A program made the position numbers and the translations under genes. This document shows, piece after piece, positions 60,340 to 64,000 of a DNA stretch of 64,000 bases (position 1 is the first letter of the stretch; every line of letters starts with the position of its first letter). The DNA lies in contig QPGO01000026.1 in assembly GCA_008632985.1 (NCBI GenBank), forward strand, positions 558,001 through 622,000, read 5' to 3'. The notes under the pieces are model-generated. The model saw only the letters and a list, made by a program, of their open reading frames with translations, ran no database searches and had not been told where the DNA came from. Source of the DNA: Psammoneis japonica (taxonomy: Eukaryota).

Positions 60340-60850
60340 GCGTGCGAGAAGAACCAACAAACAATGTGCACATCACAAAGTCTGTGAGAACCCTGATTGC
60401 ACACTGCATTTTCAGTTTTTGTCACTGTGCAACTGTTTGCACCATCAAAGATTGGTGCTTTTATGACCATGGAAACTTCACACAACAACAAAAGGAAAAA
60501 TGTGGAAATGACATTTTCCATGTTTGATGCAATCTTTGAACAAGCCCACAATGGAGCCATTCAAAGTCCGCCAGGAGGTGTCCGAAGACATTTTGATGTG
60601 GATCATTGGAACAATGAATCCAATTTGTCCATGATCAAATGATGCTTGGAGAATTGCACAGAGAAGCCAACTCTGTCTTTCAGCATGAACTGGGAGAATT
60701 TTCGCACATTGCCAACCATGTTGGTGCTCCTCGATGTGATGGCATTGATTCTGACCCATCTTGGATTGCTCAGGTGTGTGGCAAAGTTGTGGATCACTTT
60801 CATTTTCATTTTGGTGATGTTGGTGAAATGAGAGATTGGGGCTGTCCTGG
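60340..60850 (+). pseudogene. Hypermutated, truncated paralog of the 56933-57784 methyltransferase-like gene
   Basis: MLGELHREANSVFQHELGEFSHIANHVGAPRCDGIDSDPSW aligns with MLGELYGEADSVFEYGLGESTYIANHVGVPRYAGIDSDPLW. Confidence 0.9.
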
Positions 60851-61171
60851 GTCCTGGCCATGAACCCCAAGCTGTCAAAAAATTGTTTGTTGCGAGCACG
60901 CAGCCACCAGCACTCAGTTGGGACCACCATGGGTTTGAGCCAACAGCCAAAATGTGAGACAACTTCAAAAGCGGCTGGCATGCAGCCAGAAGTCCAAAGA
61001 GATCATGACAATGGCAAACCACATGGCTTGCACTTCGGCACGAACCATGCCAAACCAGTGGGCCAGCGGGCCAAACCGATTTTCGGAGGGAGACCGACGT
61101 TAAAGAAGAGCCAGGACGAGTTCCTCTCGAAATGCATCCAGAAATCCTCAACATTTTGTCAGCGTGCATCA

Positions 61172-61514
61172 CAGTTTTACAGAATGTTTTTACGCAGGAC
61201 GCCTCCTTTGAACACCAGCTTGACCTTGTCAACACTTTGGAGGCTCTTGACACCTCGAGAGGCGTGTTGACAAGTCAAGACAAATCACATCCGCGTCATA
61301 CTGTATAACCGCTTTTCAACTGCCCCGTGAGAGGAGCTGCGAGGAGCCCTGTTTTCCAAGAGACAAGGCTCCATGGATGGTCGTTGCCTCTCTATTGCTT
61401 TTTCTGGCGTCATGCCCAGATCCACCTGGTATTCCAACTTTTTGGCGGACGTGCCGTAACCTTTCGCATAAAAAATATCGCATCCAGTAGCAATCTTGAC
61501 TCCTCCTGCCGCAA
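61172..61514 (-). pseudogene. Partial duplicate of the amidohydrolase 3' region, with micro-insertions
   Basis: High-identity match to about 62634-62949, with several short inserted duplications. Confidence 0.9.
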
Positions 61515-61568
61515 CATTAGCACGAAAGCAAGTCGTACCTACCTATCACACCAAGTTGTCTGTCCAAC

Positions 61569-62594
61569 ATGGTCTTACCTACAAGAACAACAAGGCAGGT
61601 GGTGCCTCTGACTAGATGGAGTTCCGTGTCACTTATAGGCTTTTGTATCTGCTTTATTGTCCTCATGATGCAGCAGTTTGAGTTGAACGATTGCAAGGAC
61701 GATGCGGCGCCAGCATACCAACCTCGTCCTCTCCGAACCAACATTTTCCGGGGCCTCGACCTGCTTGCTGACCCAGAACTAGGGTCCAAACCATTACGAG
61801 AAGTAATTATCAGGGAGCAGATGGGTATTGAGCCATTTCCAGCAGAAACGTGGTTCGACAAAGCCATCCTCCCTCGCCTGAAAGAAAGCAAACTATTTGT
61901 TGACGTAGGTGCGAACCTTGGGCAGTTTGCGATACCCATGGCAAAACGAGGGCATCAAGCCATAAGTTTTGAGCCTATGAAGGACACTTGTGCACAACTT
62001 CAATCCAAAACATCAGTCGGTGGTTTGGAACAAAATGTCGAAGTGCATTGCGCTGCAGCAAGCAGTGAGAAGAAGAACGTGATCTTTCACCTGCCAGATG
62101 GTATCACGGCCTCTGCAAAAGAAGTTTCCCAAGAGCAGGCTCAAAAGCTTGAACAAGCAGGGAAAAAGGATGAGCTACAGTATCTCGAAACAAAGACAGT
62201 TGATTCTGTTGTTGGGCCGCCTCGTGAGGTGTTTATGCTCAAGACCGACACACAGGGATATGAAATGAGTGTTCTCAATGGAGCAAAGGAACTTTTGCAA
62301 TCCGGAAGGGTCAAGTTTTTGCTTGTGGAGTTTAGCTACTGGCTTTTGAATGCTGCAGGAACGAAGCCATTGGAGTTGCTGGACTTAATCGCGGAGAGCG
62401 GATACATTTGCACGTATCTGGCCTATCATGGTGTGAAGAAGTTAAGTGAGGAACGAAACAGCTATGGACAGCTTGATGCCCCAAATTTCGATACGCGAAG
62501 AATCAGTGTTGGTTTTGAAGAATTTGTAAACTCTCTCAGAGATGTCAACTTGGGAAAACCAGGATGGACGGACCTATTTTGTTGGAAAGCGTGA
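61569..62594 (+). CDS. FkbM-family SAM-dependent methyltransferase with an N-terminal membrane anchor
   Basis: FVDVGANLGQF, SFEP and MLKTDTQGYEMSVLNGA...LLVEF. Confidence 0.9.
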   Translation: MVLPTRTTRQVVPLTRWSSVSLIGFCICFIVLMMQQFELNDCKDDAAPAYQPRPLRTNIFRGLDLLADPELGSKPLREVIIREQMGIEPFPAETWFDKAILPRLKESKLFVDVGANLGQFAIPMAKRGHQAISFEPMKDTCAQLQSKTSVGGLEQNVEVHCAAASSEKKNVIFHLPDGITASAKEVSQEQAQKLEQAGKKDELQYLETKTVDSVVGPPREVFMLKTDTQGYEMSVLNGAKELLQSGRVKFLLVEFSYWLLNAAGTKPLELLDLIAESGYICTYLAYHGVKKLSEERNSYGQLDAPNFDTRRISVGFEEFVNSLRDVNLGKPGWTDLFCWKA

Positions 62595-62638
62595 ATTTCC
62601 GGTAAACCACATTTCTCGTCGAGAAGTAGCACATAGTT

Positions 62639-63977
62639 TTACAGAATGTTTTTATGCAGGATGCCTCCTTTGAACACCAGTTTGATCTTTTCAACACTTT
62701 GGAGGCTCTTGATATCCTCGAGAGGGTTGAAGTCAAGACAAATCACATCCGCGTCATAACCGCTTCTCAACTGCCCCGTGAGAGGAGCCTGTTTTCCAAG
62801 AGACAAGGCTCCATGGACGGTCGTTGCCTCTATTGCTTTTTCTGGCGTCATGCCCAGATCCACCAGGTATTCCAACTCTTTGGCGGACGTACCGTAACCT
62901 TCCGCATAAAAAATATCGCATCCCGTAGCAATCTTGACTCCTGCCGCAATAGCCTTGGCGTGAGCCTCTCTACTAGCCTTGTAGACGAGCTTCATCTTGT
63001 CCCAGGATACCTCGGACATGCTAGGTGGCCGTGGCCCATCGATTCCTTCGGACCCAACCAAACATTCCAGGACCCATCGAGTCGGAACCACCAATGCATC
63101 CTTTTCCAACGCCAATTGAATCGCTTCATCGTCTGCCAACGTAAAGTGCTCAATACACTCAACACCATTGTTGAGCGCATTCACAATTCCCTGCTTGGCA
63201 TGACAATGAGCGCACACGAGTCGATCATGGCGGGCCGCTTCGTCTGTCATGGCTTGAATTTCTCAGGACTAAACTGGGGTTGGGTCGGTAATCCGAGAGT
63301 CTGTGACATGACTCCACCCGAGCAACACAGTTTAATGACGGATGCTCCGGCACGAATATGACCACGGACTTTTCGGACGCAATTGTCTTGTCCGTCGGTA
63401 CCAGGACCAAACAATCCACCTTCATCACAATCTTGAATACTGCAGAGACTACCAAAGCACTGCAGGGGTACTTCCGCAGGCATATCGCAATGTCCACCAG
63501 TAATGTGGATTGGGAAATTGGCGTGATAAATTCTAGGACCCACAATTGATCCCTCCTCCACTAGAACTTTGAGATGCTTGCCGAGTCCTCCCACCTCTCT
63601 AACCGACGTAAAGCCACTCTCGAGTATCTTTTGCAAACGAGGAACGTCCCGACCAACCTTGACGGCTCTATCCTCAAAACGATTTTCCACCACATTTCAT
63701 AATGCGGCGACTCAATCCCATGAGCACCCAAAAAATGAGAATGGACATCCCACATTCCCGGCATGCAACATTTCACCGAATATTCCTTGGCAACAGCACC
63801 ACCACCAACCAGCAATTCCTTGCAGGCTGGATCCTCACGAGAACCAGCATGTAAAATCTTGCCTTTTTCCATAATCACGACGCCATTGGTAGTGGGCGGC
63901 TGAGATGCAGGTCCGTGTAGGAGAATCTCGGCGTATATTACGGTCGAGGGGATGACGCAAAGGCACTGTTGGGACAT
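62639..63977 (-). CDS. Metal-dependent amidohydrolase (prolidase-like, Amidohydro_1); two apparent frameshifts
   Basis: MPGMWDVHSH, GFTSVREVG, IKLCCSGGV, AHCH...IEH, IATGCD and GQLRSGYDADVI, across ORFs 63561-63977, 63247-63693 and 62639-63250. Confidence 0.9.
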
Positions 63978-64000
63978 GGAGCCTCGAGTACTCCCAAGTC

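Noticed and set aside
1..64000. CRISPR arrays, rRNA or complete tRNA genes, prokaryotic operons
   Set aside because: None recognised by eye; the sequence is eukaryotic with spliceosomal introns.

Overview
This is eukaryotic, intron-containing DNA, most likely from a diatom. The evidence is a CoDi-like Ty1/Copia element, RXL-processed and Lys-rich secreted proteins, and short GT-AG introns. About 20 host genes are present, including a multicopper oxidase, a glyoxalase-like gene, a DEDDh exonuclease, SNRNP40, UTP23, a VWA protein, a 5'-nucleotidase, a spondin, TrpRS, a cyclophilin-like gene, two SAM methyltransferases and an amidohydrolase. They alternate with about seven sharply bounded domains, roughly 24 kb by my estimate, in which the dinucleotide TpA is almost absent and TpG/CpA is very abundant. 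Three internal comparisons show this is directional, strand-symmetric TpA->TpG/CpA (A:T->G:C) hypermutation of repeats. (1) Conserved Tyr codons of a full-length Copia element (48237-55347, 5-bp TSD CATTG) are systematically Cys or His. (2) Its two LTRs differ almost only at TA or CG sites. (3) A duplicated host gene is intact outside a domain and TA-stripped inside one. This looks like a RIP-like genome-defence process with the opposite direction to fungal RIP, and it is the main candidate novel system. Several host genes carry 1-bp indels that may be assembly errors. Domain boundaries and counts were made by eye.
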